A stretch of DNA of 64,000 nucleotides from Candidatus Zixiibacteriota bacterium (GTDB taxonomy: Bacteria; Zixibacteria; MSB-5A5; GN15; FEB-12), in contig CP070756.1 of assembly GCA_020348905.1 (NCBI GenBank), forward strand, positions 1,554,311-1,618,310. Reading direction: 5' to 3'. Below are positions 63,053 through 64,000 of this stretch, piece after piece. Under the pieces are notes generated by a model, which was given only the letters and a program-made list of their open reading frames with translations, searched no databases and was not told the origin of the DNA. Every line of letters begins with the position of its first letter. The stretch's first letter is position 1. The position numbers and the translations under genes were made by a program.

Positions 63053-64000
63053 ATGAAAATTCTAGACTTTCGCTCCGATACCGTCACCAGACCGTCAGCG
63101 GAGATGCGACAGGCCATACTGACTGCGGCGGTCGGCGACGACGTCTTCGGGGATGATCCCACGGTTATAGAACTTGAGCAATATGTAGCCGATCTGCTCG
63201 GCAAGGAGGCAGGCCTGTACGTTCCGTCGGGCACGATGGGCAATCAGATCTGTCTGAAGGCACATTCGCAACCCGGCTGGGAGCTCCTTTGCGACCGGGA
63301 ATGCCACGTGGTCAATTATGAGGTGGCCGGGCCGGCCGTGCATTCCGGCCTGCTGGTTAATCTAATTACGACCAAGTACGGCATGATCACCGCCGATATC
63401 GTGCGCCGGTCGATCCGTCCCAAGAATGTTCACTGTCCCCTGACGAAGATGGTGGCGCTGGAAAACACTCATAACCATCATGGCGGCACCATCCTGCCTC
63501 ACGATGAGATTCTGGAGGTCCGCAAGGTGTGCGACGAGTTCGACCTCATTTTCCACCTCGATGGAGCCCGGATCTGGAATGCGCACGTGGCCACCGGAAT
63601 TGCTCTGCCCGAACTCACAGACCCTTTTGATTCGGTGTCGGTCTGTCTGTCCAAGGGACTGGGGGCACCGATCGGGTCGGTCTTGGCCGCTTCCGCCGAT
63701 TTCATAACCAGATGCAGGCGTGAGAGAAAGCTGTTCGGGGGCGGTATGCGTCAGGTTGGTATCCTGGCCGCCGCCGGTCTTTATGCTCTGAAGAACAATA
63801 TTCCCAGGCTGGCCGATGATCACGCCAACGCTAAGTTCCTTGCCGAAGGTCTGGCGGAATTTGAGACTTTCGATATTCCGATGGATCGGGTTCAGACGAA
63901 CATCGTTCTGGCCAATATTGTCTCCGACAGTTCGGCCGAGGACGTCCTGGCCGAGATGAAACAGGTTGGGGTCCTGGCAGTGCCTTTTGGTCCGAAGCAG
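63053..64000 (+). CDS. ltaE: Low-specificity L-threonine aldolase (5' part; runs off the window end)
   Basis: My own translation: MKILDFRSDTVTRPSAEM...VGDDVFGDDPTV...PSGTMGNQ...HLDGARIWNA...CLSKGLGAPIGS (PLP Lys). Open to nt 64000. Absent from the ORF track because it has no stop. Confidence 0.85.
   Translation, partial: MKILDFRSDTVTRPSAEMRQAILTAAVGDDVFGDDPTVIELEQYVADLLGKEAGLYVPSGTMGNQICLKAHSQPGWELLCDRECHVVNYEVAGPAVHSGLLVNLITTKYGMITADIVRRSIRPKNVHCPLTKMVALENTHNHHGGTILPHDEILEVRKVCDEFDLIFHLDGARIWNAHVATGIALPELTDPFDSVSVCLSKGLGAPIGSVLAASADFITRCRRERKLFGGGMRQVGILAAAGLYALKNNIPRLADDHANAKFLAEGLAEFETFDIPMDRVQTNIVLANIVSDSSAEDVLAEMKQVGVLAVPFGPKQ

Noticed and set aside
1-64000. Looked for CRISPR arrays, long direct or inverted repeats, IS elements, toxin-antitoxin pairs and known defence-system genes
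   Set aside because: I saw no regularly spaced repeats, no transposase or integrase beyond xerC, and no nuclease/helicase/methylase clusters. By-eye repeat detection over 64 kb is limited, so a dot-plot or self-BLAST would be the decisive check.

Overview
Gene-dense 64-kb stretch of a diderm bacterial chromosome. I call 57 CDS, all but six on the + strand. I found no rRNA, tRNA, CRISPR array or convincing mobile element. A T9SS-type C-terminal sorting domain, a dockerin, TamB/Omp85/AsmA envelope genes and a Myxococcus-like MglA suggest an uncultivated FCB-group-like lineage, but this is a low-confidence inference. Most of the window is housekeeping: ccdA, beta-carbonic anhydrase, nifS-mnmA, yicC-gmk-rpoZ, topA-xerC-hslVU, argF, rpsT, murJ, comEC, cspA and ltaE. 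Three regions stand out. (1) 48.7-58.4 kb holds a PATAN/DUF4388 protein, a small membrane protein, three extra Roadblock/LC7 proteins (one fused to TPR repeats, one to a 4-TM anchor), an MglA-type GTPase, MglB, then pilB-pilT-pilC. The MglA carries a ~170-aa disordered tail ending in a MinD-like amphipathic membrane-targeting sequence. (2) 18.2-21.1 kb holds two complete radical-SAM/SPASM enzymes flanking an unannotated 39-aa Cys-containing ORF that is translationally coupled to the first enzyme, so it is a candidate orphan RiPP locus. (3) 7.1-9.6 kb holds an ECF sigma factor, a zf-HC2 anti-sigma factor and an HtrA/DegS-like PDZ protein whose catalytic triad appears fully substituted. Smaller observations include two tandem hairpins with different stems but identical loops upstream of the carbonic anhydrase gene, a REC-DHp hybrid lacking an ATPase domain, and a perfect consensus sigma-70 promoter in front of the Roadblock/mglA genes. 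All functional calls come from by-eye motif recognition. No database search or computation was run.
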